Shown here: positions 55,508 to 64,000 of the stretch, one piece after another
How the letters are laid out: every line of letters begins with the position of its first letter
Position numbering within the stretch: position 1 is the first letter of the stretch
Virus record (IMG/VR): IMGVR_UViG_3300037067_024509
Span: 1 to 64,000 of that record
Reading direction: 5' to 3' (one strand)
DNA length: 64,000 bases
From: a virus
Taxonomy: Duplodnaviria > Caudoviricetes
Notes under the pieces: model-generated
What the model was told of the DNA's origin: nothing
Seen by the model: only the letters and a program-made list of their open reading frames with translations
Databases searched by the model: none
Program-made: the position numbers and the translations under genes

Positions 55508-56671
55508 ATGCTTTTGTCTTGTATTAACAGTGATTATATAATAATATATGAGAATATTGAGAAGAAGAAACCATATATTATCAAAGCACTAACAGATGCA
55601 GGAATAGAAGACCAAGATAATATAGTAGACTATCTAGTTAAAGCTGATCCAGTAGCTAATAAATCAGGTGGTAAGAAAACACCATTCATTAACCTAATAC
55701 TCAAATGGCTAATTAATAACAAAATTAGATTACCAGAGGATATTGATACTGTTAGTGAAATATTAAGTAAAGCTAATGATTTAGTTAATAATAAAGGGGT
55801 TAAGTTAGATATTAATAATTATGAATCACCAGGGGATTTAAGAAAAGATGTTAATGAGAAATTGGGAGTTGTTGAGAAGGGGACTTATGATTATCTTGAG
55901 TTAGTTGATCAGATTCCTGGTTTTAAATTGTATAAGGTTAACTCATGGGAAGAAGGGGAAAGAGCATTTAAGGATAGTGGTTGGTGTGTACAACGTAAGA
56001 ATCATTTTGATGGCTATGATCTTCCTTATTTTATGGTTGTTACTAGTGATGATAAGCGTTATGCGTTAATGCATAAGGATAGTAATCAGATTAAGGATGT
56101 TCATGATAATAGTTTAACAATTGATAAAGCTATTCCAATTAAGAAATTTATATTAGAGACATGGCCAAAATTCGTTTATAGTAGTGATTTAATATCCATT
56201 AATGATTTATGGCCTGGAGCAATAAATGAGATAAAGAAGAATCCAGAATGGGCTTATACATATGCTCATGAAGTTATTAAGGGTAAATGGCCAGAAGGTG
56301 AAGAAGCTATTAAGCAAGATCCAGAATGGGCTTATAAATATGCTCGTTATGTTATTTATGATAGGTGGCCAGAAGGTGAAGAAATCATTAAACAAGATCC
56401 AGGATGCGCTTATCATTATGCTTATCAGATTATTGGTGGTAGGTGGCCAGAAGGTGAAGAAGCTATAAAAAAAGAACCAGAATCAGCTTATACATATGCT
56501 TGTTATATTATTAAGGATAAGTGGCCAGAAGCCGAAGAAACTATTAAAAAAGATCCACAATGGGCTTATCGGTATGCCAGTAATATTATTGAGGGCAGAT
56601 GGCCAGAAGCAGAAGAAACTATAAAACAAGATCCAGAATATTGGAGTTTATATAAGGCTAAGTTTTTGTGA
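55508..56671 (+). CDS. Protein with GWCV domain and C-terminal 26-aa helical tandem repeats
   Basis: SGWCVQ...F..Y motif, then (EEAIKQDPEWAYKYARYVIYDRWPEG)-type units: five complete plus one partial. Confidence 0.7.
   Translation: MLLSCINSDYIIIYENIEKKKPYIIKALTDAGIEDQDNIVDYLVKADPVANKSGGKKTPFINLILKWLINNKIRLPEDIDTVSEILSKANDLVNNKGVKLDINNYESPGDLRKDVNEKLGVVEKGTYDYLELVDQIPGFKLYKVNSWEEGERAFKDSGWCVQRKNHFDGYDLPYFMVVTSDDKRYALMHKDSNQIKDVHDNSLTIDKAIPIKKFILETWPKFVYSSDLISINDLWPGAINEIKKNPEWAYTYAHEVIKGKWPEGEEAIKQDPEWAYKYARYVIYDRWPEGEEIIKQDPGCAYHYAYQIIGGRWPEGEEAIKKEPESAYTYACYIIKDKWPEAEETIKKDPQWAYRYASNIIEGRWPEAEETIKQDPEYWSLYKAKFL
56210..56645 (+). repeat. In-frame 78-bp tandem repeat array
   Basis: tggcc(agaag) recurs at 56210, 56288, 56366, 56444, 56522 and 56600. 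Confidence 0.92.
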
Positions 56672-56687
56672 TAATAAAATTTAATTT

Positions 56688-56945
56688 ATGGCAGTAACTC
56701 ACAATTGGAATGATGTTAGACAGGGTGTTATTAATACTATATCTACGCATATTAAAGATTTTAAGAAAAATGCATTAGAAGATATAAGAATTAAATTAAA
56801 TGATAAAGGAATTCCAAAAGTTGATGTTAAAAGTAGCTCTGTTGAGTTTGTTGCTATATCAAAAACTGAATATGATTTAGGTAAAGTTTATTTTGATGAG
56901 GTATTCAAAGATATTAATAGCCAATCTTGGATTGACAATATATGA
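56688..56945 (+). CDS. Hypothetical protein
   Basis: 85-aa ORF; same upstream ataaaatttaatttatg context as 55508. Confidence 0.55.
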   Translation: MAVTHNWNDVRQGVINTISTHIKDFKKNALEDIRIKLNDKGIPKVDVKSSSVEFVAISKTEYDLGKVYFDEVFKDINSQSWIDNI

Positions 56946-57838
56946 CAGTTCACAAATTTGATTTTAATCAGGGCCAGGAAAAATTGGATCAATTTATATC
57001 TTTAACTTCTGATGATCAAAATAAGGCTAGTCCTGATCCTGGCAGCCCAGTTAATAAAGATGATAGAGATGATTTATATTATGGTAAATCTGAACCACAA
57101 TTAGCTAATAATTTTGTTGATGACAATATTGATATTAATTATGTTGAAGAAGTTAGAGAAACATATATTAATGGTTTTGAATTTATTGATATTGCTATAA
57201 AGAATTATTTTAGTGGTATTAGGATACCTACTAATAAAAAGGGAACTGAAGAATATAGGATGATGAATGTTAAAATTGCAGGTGGTGAATCTGCTACTCT
57301 TATAACTGATAGAGAATTACGTAGTGGTAGATTATCATTACCTGCTTTGGCTATTACTAGAACTGGTGAATCTCCTGATTCTAAAAGATTTTCTCCCCCA
57401 TATGGTAGTGTTGCTAAGAAATATAAAAACAATGGTAGAAGGGTTGAGTTAATTTATAGACCTAATCCATATCTTATAGATTATTCTTTGGAAATATGGA
57501 CTGAATATAAGAGTGATGCTGAATTTGCTGTTTATTCAATATTATCTAGATTTAATCCATTAGCTTCATTTTATTTAAATGATGTTACAGGATTGTCGCT
57601 TGAAGTTGTTATGAAAATAATGAGCAGTACTGATAATAGTGATCTTGAATCTGATCTGGAAACTCATGCTAAGATTAAGAAGACTATTAATATTCAGGTA
57701 GAGGGATGGTTGCCTCTTGCGACTAAAGTAGTTCCAACTATACTATCTAAGCCTACATCAGTTAAGGAAGCAGTTATTGGTTCTAATAACATTTTATATG
57801 GTGGAGAAACGTACTTAGTTAATAGAGATAGGACATAA
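56942..57838 (+). CDS. Tail terminator/sheath stabiliser, gp15-like
   Basis: LSLPALAITR, P.PY.IDY.L.IW.....D....V..IL..F.P, I.V.GWL. Confidence 0.8.
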   Translation: MTVHKFDFNQGQEKLDQFISLTSDDQNKASPDPGSPVNKDDRDDLYYGKSEPQLANNFVDDNIDINYVEEVRETYINGFEFIDIAIKNYFSGIRIPTNKKGTEEYRMMNVKIAGGESATLITDRELRSGRLSLPALAITRTGESPDSKRFSPPYGSVAKKYKNNGRRVELIYRPNPYLIDYSLEIWTEYKSDAEFAVYSILSRFNPLASFYLNDVTGLSLEVVMKIMSSTDNSDLESDLETHAKIKKTINIQVEGWLPLATKVVPTILSKPTSVKEAVIGSNNILYGGETYLVNRDRT

Positions 57839-57839
57839 T

Positions 57840-58214
57840 ATGACTGACATGGCTACTCCATCAAAAAAACCTTTATCAATTAAAGAGATCCGTAAGATTA
57901 AGGATAATAGGCGTAAGACTGAATTAAATAAATTGAGAATTTATAATATTTCAAAACTTCAAGTTATTAATATTCAGATGTATGGTAAGAATTCTAAGTT
58001 AGTCCCTTATCAACAGTCTATTCAAATAGCTCCTGGTAAGCATGTTGATCTTCCTGCATCAAGATTAATTAGTGAACAGATTGATAATTTAAGAAAAAGT
58101 GGGTTTATTACTACTATGAAGGTTGATAGTAGTAAGCAAATTGCTAGTTCTGATTTATTATCACAAATTTCAAAGACTGTTAAGCCTAATAAGCTTAAAA
58201 TTTTAAAGAAATGA
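57840..58214 (+). CDS. Hypothetical protein preceding the tail sheath
   Basis: 124-aa basic ORF; I.IAPGKHVDLP motif. Confidence 0.55.
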   Translation: MTDMATPSKKPLSIKEIRKIKDNRRKTELNKLRIYNISKLQVINIQMYGKNSKLVPYQQSIQIAPGKHVDLPASRLISEQIDNLRKSGFITTMKVDSSKQIASSDLLSQISKTVKPNKLKILKK

Positions 58215-58308
58215 TTAATAGCCCAAGTAATACTTGGGCTAAATAGTTTTTTGAAAAACATGCTTATGGCAAAAATATTATAACTTAGCCAAATAACCGG
58301 AGTAAATA

Positions 58309-61239
58309 ATGGCCACTTTCCTTTCGCCGGCAATTTTTGTAAACGAAATCAATCTTTCTGCTTTGCCAGCGGGTTCTTCTGGAATAATTCCTGCTTTTAT
58401 TGGTACTGCTAAAAAAGGATTACTTAATAGAGTTTATACTATAACTAATGCTCAGCAATTTGTTGATGCTTTTGGTGAGCCATTTGCTGAAAGCTTCCTT
58501 GGTTATGCAGTTCTTGCTTATATGGAAGAGGGTAATCTTGCTTATGTTATGAGAGTTGGTGTTGAATGTGAACCTGATCAGCCAGTTGAACTTTCAAGTA
58601 TTTGTGTTGATACATCTGGCAATAAAGAAAGTGGATGGGGCCGTATTCCACTTTTCAGTGGTATAGATTTTGGTAGAATTACTACACGTGTTGCTGGTGA
58701 TAATGGTTGGTCATTCCATGATGCTTCATCTACATTCGTTGAATTCAATGATGCATTAGTTGATGTTGGTACTGCAGGACCTACTTCTGCTTCGTTAACA
58801 TTTACCGGAACTGATTATGTTGGTTCAATAAGTGATAGTTTCATTCTTTTAATAACTGGTAAGCCAACCACAACTGGTGGTCCTCCTATGAATGGAGCTA
58901 CCTATAGTGTTATAAGATCATCTGATGGCGCTGTAGTTGGTACTGGCGTAATTCAGGAGAGTTCAACTCCTGGAACCAGTGAAGATATTACTTTAACTGA
59001 TGGTATAGTTATTCAAATAGTTATGGGATCTGGTGGTGCTGAACAAACTCTTGATGTAAATGATTCGTTCAGATTCTCGGTTGAGCCTAATAACCGTAAT
59101 TTCTGTTTCAGAATTGATAATGAAGATGTTTCTAATGTTAATATTTATACAATGCCAATAGCTGATTATGCTACTGCTGAAGATTTTGCTAATGCAGTAA
59201 ATGCTATTTCTGGTATGTCATCAGAAAGTTATTCTGCTGTAGCAAATGATGACGATACTGTTACTTTCATGAGTAAAATTGCTGGTGAAATGATCCAGCT
59301 TTGGAATTATGAGGATGGTACTGGTACTACGACTGTTCCGCAATATCCTGCTGAAGCATTTGCTATTGAAATAGGTCAAAGTCTTTATGCGTTCGATATT
59401 CCTCGTTCCAATTTGATTGGACTTGAAACTGGTACATTTGATGTCTCAAGTATCAATAATATTGTCACGATTGAGATGAATGATGTTAATATTACTCAGT
59501 TCACTGCTACATTACCTGTTGGTATTGATCTTACTGCTTCAACAATTGCATCGTCAATAAATGCTGCTGCTACTGTACTTGGAGATACTTTAGTAAGGTC
59601 ATTTGCTCTTGCTATTCCTGGTGGTGAACAAGTAGTTGTAATAGAATCAACTGATGTTCATAAGCTTGGCACTGTCAAGATGGTTGCCAATAGTTCGCAT
59701 CCTAAGACGATGAAATTTGCTGAGACTGTTGGTATTGCATATCCATACACTGAATCATATCGTGGATATCGTGACCTGCGTACTGCTCTTCCTGTTGGTG
59801 GTGAAATAGATTCACAGATACCTCTGTCGTGCGAACAGTATGCTGGTGGTGATGTAACAAAAGCTGCTCAGTGTGCACTTGATAGTAGCTATTACCAAAA
59901 TATAGTTGGTTGGTTTGTTGCTACATCACCTGGAACATGGGTTGATGGATATAAACTTGGAATAGATATTTATAAAGGATCAAATGTTCCAGCTAATCGT
60001 TTTGAAGTTACATTATATGATACCAATGGTATTGTACTGACAAGAATACAGGATGTATCATTTGATAAGAATGATACTAACTACATTGGTACTCTTATCA
60101 ATCCTACTACTAATCCTAGTAGTAGTTCAACAAATATCAATGGAAATGAATATCTGAACTGGATTGAACGTCCTTCATATTTGAATAATGATTTGAATGA
60201 TCTTAACACATATGAAGTTCGTCAGCCATCACAATTTGCATCTCGTGAATTTGATGGGCAGGCTAATGGTATTCCTGCTGATCCAATATATTCAACTGAA
60301 CTTGATCGGGCAATAATTGGTAATCCTGCCGATTATACTGGTATTTATAAGTTCTCAAATCCTGAGACTTGGGATATTTCATTATTGATTACTCCTGGAT
60401 TCAGCAGCGGTGCTGTTATTACTACTGCTTTGTCAGTTTGTACTCAACGTGGTGATTGCTTCTACATAGTTGATCCTCCGTTTGGACTTACTGCTCAACA
60501 GGTTGTTGATTGGCATAATGGTCTTCTCTTTAGTGATTTGAGTGTGGCTCTTGATAGCAGCTATGGTGGTTTGTACCATCCTTGGGTACAGGTCTTTGAT
60601 CAGTATAATGGTGGGAATATTTGGATTCCGCCTTCGGGCCATGTTGCTTCGGTCTTTGCTCGTACTGATCGTGTATCTGAAATGTGGTTTGCTCCTGCTG
60701 GTCTGAATCGTGGTCAGTTCATGACTGCACTTGATGTCGAGACTGAGCATACACGTGGTCAACGTGATTTGATGTATGGTTATGGTAATGCTGTTAACCC
60801 AATTATTAAATATCCTGAACGTGGAATTTACATTTGGGGTCAGAGAACATTACAGCGTGCGAATACTGCTCTTGATCGTATAAATGTTCGTATGCTCTTG
60901 ATTGCTATCAAGAAAGCTCTTGCTGGTACTCAGGGCTTGCTCAATGATTATCTCTTTGAGCAAAACGATGCGATAACTCGTCAGCTTGTTAAGAGCGCTA
61001 TTGATAATTATATGTCAGATGTTGCTGCTCGTCGTGGTATTACTGCTTGGAGTACCATATGTGATGAGTCAAATAACACTGCTATAAGAATTGATAGAAA
61101 TGAATTATGGGTTGCAGTCCTCATTAAGCCAACACGTACTATTGAGTTCGTATGCTTAAATCTTGGCTTACTCCGTAGTGACCAGAGCTTTGTTTCGGAA
61201 GAAGTGCTTGCTGCTGTTGGTGTGACCACGGCTGCCTAA
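58309..61239 (+). CDS. Contractile tail sheath protein, gp18-like, with inserted domains
   Basis: FLSPAIFVNEIN, FIGTAKKG, F..AFG, WFAPAGLNRG, VNPI, WGQRTL, DRINVR, CDESNNT, IKPTRTIEF. Confidence 0.95.
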   Translation: MATFLSPAIFVNEINLSALPAGSSGIIPAFIGTAKKGLLNRVYTITNAQQFVDAFGEPFAESFLGYAVLAYMEEGNLAYVMRVGVECEPDQPVELSSICVDTSGNKESGWGRIPLFSGIDFGRITTRVAGDNGWSFHDASSTFVEFNDALVDVGTAGPTSASLTFTGTDYVGSISDSFILLITGKPTTTGGPPMNGATYSVIRSSDGAVVGTGVIQESSTPGTSEDITLTDGIVIQIVMGSGGAEQTLDVNDSFRFSVEPNNRNFCFRIDNEDVSNVNIYTMPIADYATAEDFANAVNAISGMSSESYSAVANDDDTVTFMSKIAGEMIQLWNYEDGTGTTTVPQYPAEAFAIEIGQSLYAFDIPRSNLIGLETGTFDVSSINNIVTIEMNDVNITQFTATLPVGIDLTASTIASSINAAATVLGDTLVRSFALAIPGGEQVVVIESTDVHKLGTVKMVANSSHPKTMKFAETVGIAYPYTESYRGYRDLRTALPVGGEIDSQIPLSCEQYAGGDVTKAAQCALDSSYYQNIVGWFVATSPGTWVDGYKLGIDIYKGSNVPANRFEVTLYDTNGIVLTRIQDVSFDKNDTNYIGTLINPTTNPSSSSTNINGNEYLNWIERPSYLNNDLNDLNTYEVRQPSQFASREFDGQANGIPADPIYSTELDRAIIGNPADYTGIYKFSNPETWDISLLITPGFSSGAVITTALSVCTQRGDCFYIVDPPFGLTAQQVVDWHNGLLFSDLSVALDSSYGGLYHPWVQVFDQYNGGNIWIPPSGHVASVFARTDRVSEMWFAPAGLNRGQFMTALDVETEHTRGQRDLMYGYGNAVNPIIKYPERGIYIWGQRTLQRANTALDRINVRMLLIAIKKALAGTQGLLNDYLFEQNDAITRQLVKSAIDNYMSDVAARRGITAWSTICDESNNTAIRIDRNELWVAVLIKPTRTIEFVCLNLGLLRSDQSFVSEEVLAAVGVTTAA

Positions 61240-61266
61240 ACTCAAATTTAAAACGGAGAAATAAAC

Positions 61267-61770
61267 ATGCCCGGATTTAAGATTAATAATGGTGGCGGTG
61301 ATGCTGATGCTAAGGTTGAATCAAACCGTAAGCATCGTTGGAAGTTTAGTTTGGAATCTATTCAGCAAGAATGTGTTTATTTAGCTAGTGCTCAACGTCC
61401 GCATTTTATTGCTGATGAAGTTATAATGCACCATGACCAGGAACAGGTATATTTTGCTGGTAAGCATCATTGGGATCCAATAACATTGGTATTCTATGAT
61501 GTGTACGGTGGTAATGCGGATACTAGTAGTAAAATATGGAATTGGATTAATGAATGTATTAAAATTAATGAAGCATCAGCTAATACTCCTAGTTCCTATA
61601 AGAAAAATGCTGATCTTCAAATGACAAATGCTGCTGGCGCTGTTAGAGAAACATGGAAGATATATAATACTTGGGCAATAGACGCAAATTTCAATGATCT
61701 TGATTATAGCGTTAGTGAAATTGCAACTATTGACGTTAGTATGAAATATGATAGAGCTAGTAGACAGTAA
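61267..61770 (+). CDS. Tail tube protein, gp19-like
   Basis: R..RW.F...A.RP.F, Y.AGK..W.PIT..FYD, W, E.W.....W......F.DLDYS...I...V...YD; follows the sheath; strong RBS. Confidence 0.9.
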   Translation: MPGFKINNGGGDADAKVESNRKHRWKFSLESIQQECVYLASAQRPHFIADEVIMHHDQEQVYFAGKHHWDPITLVFYDVYGGNADTSSKIWNWINECIKINEASANTPSSYKKNADLQMTNAAGAVRETWKIYNTWAIDANFNDLDYSVSEIATIDVSMKYDRASRQ

Positions 61771-61786
61771 TATAATTAAAATCGTT

Positions 61787-61819
61787 TTTGTCCCAGGAGT
61801 ATTTAACTCCTGGGACAAA
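61787..61819 (+). terminator. Intrinsic terminator after the tail tube gene
   Basis: tttgtcccaggagt-attta-actcctgggacaaa, a perfect 14-bp stem followed by ttgttttt. Confidence 0.85.
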
Positions 61820-61827
61820 TTGTTTTT

Positions 61828-63396
61828 ATGATAGACTGGCAAAAGACTAATGAATTATTTGGAATATTAGAAAATACAGTAACTTCAAAAGATAAAATAG
61901 TTGTAATTTGTAATAGTTGTAAATCAATACGTAATATATCATATATTACATATAAAAATCAAATAAGATTAACTGGTAGTGATGATTGTCAATCATGTAA
62001 AGGTAAGGCTAATAGAATAAAATATTCAGATTCATATAAATTAAGTGATGAAAATAGGTCAAAATCATTATCATTAACAATGAAGAAAAAATGGGAAAAT
62101 GAACAATATAAAAATGAACAAATAAATATATTTAATTCTGACATTAATAAAGAAAAATTGTCGAATGCATTAAAGGATAAATGGAAAGATGAAAATTATA
62201 AAAATAAAATAATTTCATCTATTAGATATAATTGGAATGATGAAGAATATAAAAATAAAATGAAGATTATACATGATAGTAAAGAGTTTAAGGTAAAATC
62301 AAAACCAAAATTGTCAAAAGAACAGTTATTAAAATTAAAAAATGGTGTAAAAGAAAAATGGAAAGATAAAGATTATAAAAATATTCAATCATTATCTAGA
62401 ATAGGTAAAATTACTAGTGATAAAACTAAAAAGAAATTACATGATATAATGTTATCAAAATGGCAAGAACATGAATATAAAACAAATGTTTGTATTGGAA
62501 GAGAAAAAATTAAAGGTAATGAATCATCAATAGAAATTATTTTATATAGTATATTGGATGATCTTGGATTAAAATATATTAAGCAATTTAGAATTGGTTT
62601 TTATTTATTTGATTGTTTTTTACCTGATTATAATATTTTAATTGAATGTAATGGTGACTATTGGCATTCATTAAATAAAGCGATTAAAAATGATAAAACT
62701 AAATCTTCATATATTATTAATAATTTTCCGCAATATAAATTATACACAATATGGGAACATGAATTTAAATGTAAGGATAAAATAATTGAATTAATTAAAT
62801 ATTGGACTGGTGTTAATATTGATTTGATTGATTTTGAATTTAATAATTTAATTATTAAAGATATTAGTTTGAAGGACGCTAAATTATTTGTTGATAAATA
62901 TCATTACTCTGGAACTATTGGCAATACTGTATATAGGTTTGGTTGCTATCTTGGCAATGAATTGATAGCTTTGTGTAATTTTGGTAATACTACTAGAAAT
63001 GAATCTGCTACTAGATTAAATATTAAGTTTTGTGAACTTCTTGAATTGACTAGATTTTGTATTCACCCAAAATATCAAAAGAAGAATTTTGCATCATGGT
63101 TTATTAGTAGATGTATTAATGATATTAAACATTTAAATAAATATAAATGTTTAATATCATTTGCTGATAATACCTATAATCATGATGGTATTATTTATAA
63201 AGCATCAAATTGGAAAATAGATGGTATTGTTGATCCTTCTTACTGGTATGTTGATACTAATGGTTATGTCATGCATAAGAAAACTTTATGGAATCATGCA
63301 ACTCAGATGAAAATGTCCGAGAATGAATTTGCAAATAAATATGGATATATTAAAGTTATTGGTAAGGAGAAAATTAGATATATTTATTGGTTATAA
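61828..63396 (+). CDS. Free-standing endonuclease-like protein: Zn finger, K/W-rich helical repeats, DUF559/Vsr-like nuclease and Mom-like GNAT domain
   Basis: CNSC/CQSC; repeated ..KW.D..YK.. units; FRIG.Y..D.......IECNGDYWH, IWEHE; HYSG, LELTRFCI, LISFAD, HDGIIYKASNW. Confidence 0.75.
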   Translation: MIDWQKTNELFGILENTVTSKDKIVVICNSCKSIRNISYITYKNQIRLTGSDDCQSCKGKANRIKYSDSYKLSDENRSKSLSLTMKKKWENEQYKNEQINIFNSDINKEKLSNALKDKWKDENYKNKIISSIRYNWNDEEYKNKMKIIHDSKEFKVKSKPKLSKEQLLKLKNGVKEKWKDKDYKNIQSLSRIGKITSDKTKKKLHDIMLSKWQEHEYKTNVCIGREKIKGNESSIEIILYSILDDLGLKYIKQFRIGFYLFDCFLPDYNILIECNGDYWHSLNKAIKNDKTKSSYIINNFPQYKLYTIWEHEFKCKDKIIELIKYWTGVNIDLIDFEFNNLIIKDISLKDAKLFVDKYHYSGTIGNTVYRFGCYLGNELIALCNFGNTTRNESATRLNIKFCELLELTRFCIHPKYQKKNFASWFISRCINDIKHLNKYKCLISFADNTYNHDGIIYKASNWKIDGIVDPSYWYVDTNGYVMHKKTLWNHATQMKMSENEFANKYGYIKVIGKEKIRYIYWL

Positions 63397-63442
63397 TTTT
63401 ATATTGTGTTTTATAAGTAATTATGTAACAAGGATATAAACA

Positions 63443-64000
63443 ATGGCCGACAAAGATAGTCTTCCTGAGGCTGTGAAAGAAAATGTTGCTAGAGTATTTT
63501 CAAATAAGGAATCTGACGCTTTAGATAATATTCTGAGCCAAGAAGATGATTATTTCATGCCATGGGAGGATGTCGTTCTTCCTAGTAAGGGTGTTTATTA
63601 TGATAATTTAATGCCTGATGGTATTATTAAAGTTAAACCTATGGGCATAGATGTCGATAAGATGATGGCTAATCAGAGAATAGTTGCTAGTGGTGAATTA
63701 TTGAATAAGATTATTGAAGCATGCGTTAAACTTCCTGATGGAATGACTGTTAATGATTTACTGGCAGGTGATCAATATTTCTTATTATACTATTTAAGAG
63801 GTATTACACATGGTAATGATTATGAATTCGTAAGTGATTGTCCATCGTGTGGTACTAAGAGCACATACGACTATAATCTTTCTGATTTGTCTAAGACTAT
63901 AAAAGGTCCAAATCCAGATTATCCAGTTGAGCCTATGGAAGTTGAATTACCATATATTAGTGAGAAAACTAAGAGTTCTGTTTCAGCAATGGTTAGGCTT
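63443..64000 (+). CDS. Baseplate hub assembly protein, T4 gp26-like (3'-truncated by window edge)
   Basis: Own translation: MADKDS...VVLPSKGVYY...KVKPM...DLLAGDQYFLLYYLRGITHGNDYEFVSDCPSCG; open to base 64000. Confidence 0.7.
   Translation, partial: MADKDSLPEAVKENVARVFSNKESDALDNILSQEDDYFMPWEDVVLPSKGVYYDNLMPDGIIKVKPMGIDVDKMMANQRIVASGELLNKIIEACVKLPDGMTVNDLLAGDQYFLLYYLRGITHGNDYEFVSDCPSCGTKSTYDYNLSDLSKTIKGPNPDYPVEPMEVELPYISEKTKSSVSAMVRL

Noticed and set aside
56210-56645. 78-bp periodic array as a CRISPR array
   Set aside because: The units are in-frame, degenerate and encode a protein repeat; there are no identical repeats with unique spacers and no cas genes.
1-64000. Stop-codon reassignment (code 15 or 4), as seen in some large phages
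   Set aside because: Conserved genes are uninterrupted in code 11, and TAG (e.g. 2431, 23374, 29900) and TGA (e.g. 7123, 29153) stops end genes at expected positions, closely followed by new starts.

Overview
A 64-kb, very AT-rich (roughly 25-30% GC by eye), densely coding, mostly + strand segment of a large (probably jumbo) contractile-tailed phage genome, read in standard code 11. From left to right: (i) two paralogous collagen/Ser-rich/Cys-rich putative virion fibre proteins flanking a catalytically degenerate RNase H; (ii) DinG helicase, an Mre11/Rad50 (gp47/gp46) pair, and two head-to-head sigma-like genes (sigma70-like and T4 gp55-like); (iii) a nucleotide-metabolism block with a metallophosphoesterase, an NDT/Rcl-like N-glycosidase, a degenerate DeoC-like barrel, dCMP deaminase and an adenylosuccinate-synthetase homologue with PurZ signature residues; (iv) a replication/recombination block: PHP-less DnaE with a LAGLIDADG intein, bacterial-type RecA, DnaB/gp41 helicase, a thumbless family-A polymerase, UvsY-like, gp32-like SSB, FEN/RNase H, and primase; (v) a glycosyltransferase set, one member carrying an intein at its catalytic motif; (vi) a T4-like baseplate/neck/tail module (gp5, gp25, gp6, gp13, gp14, gp15, sheath, tube, gp26-like) interrupted by nuclease-plus-GNAT (Hef/Mom-like) genes. 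The most notable candidate system is a 2-aminoadenine (Z) genome pathway in a phage whose replicase is family C. No DatZ, MazZ or full-length DpoZ is visible in the window, and a different set of nucleotide-pool enzymes sits beside purZ. All family assignments come from motif recognition by eye; no database searches were run. No tRNA, rRNA or CRISPR array was recognised.
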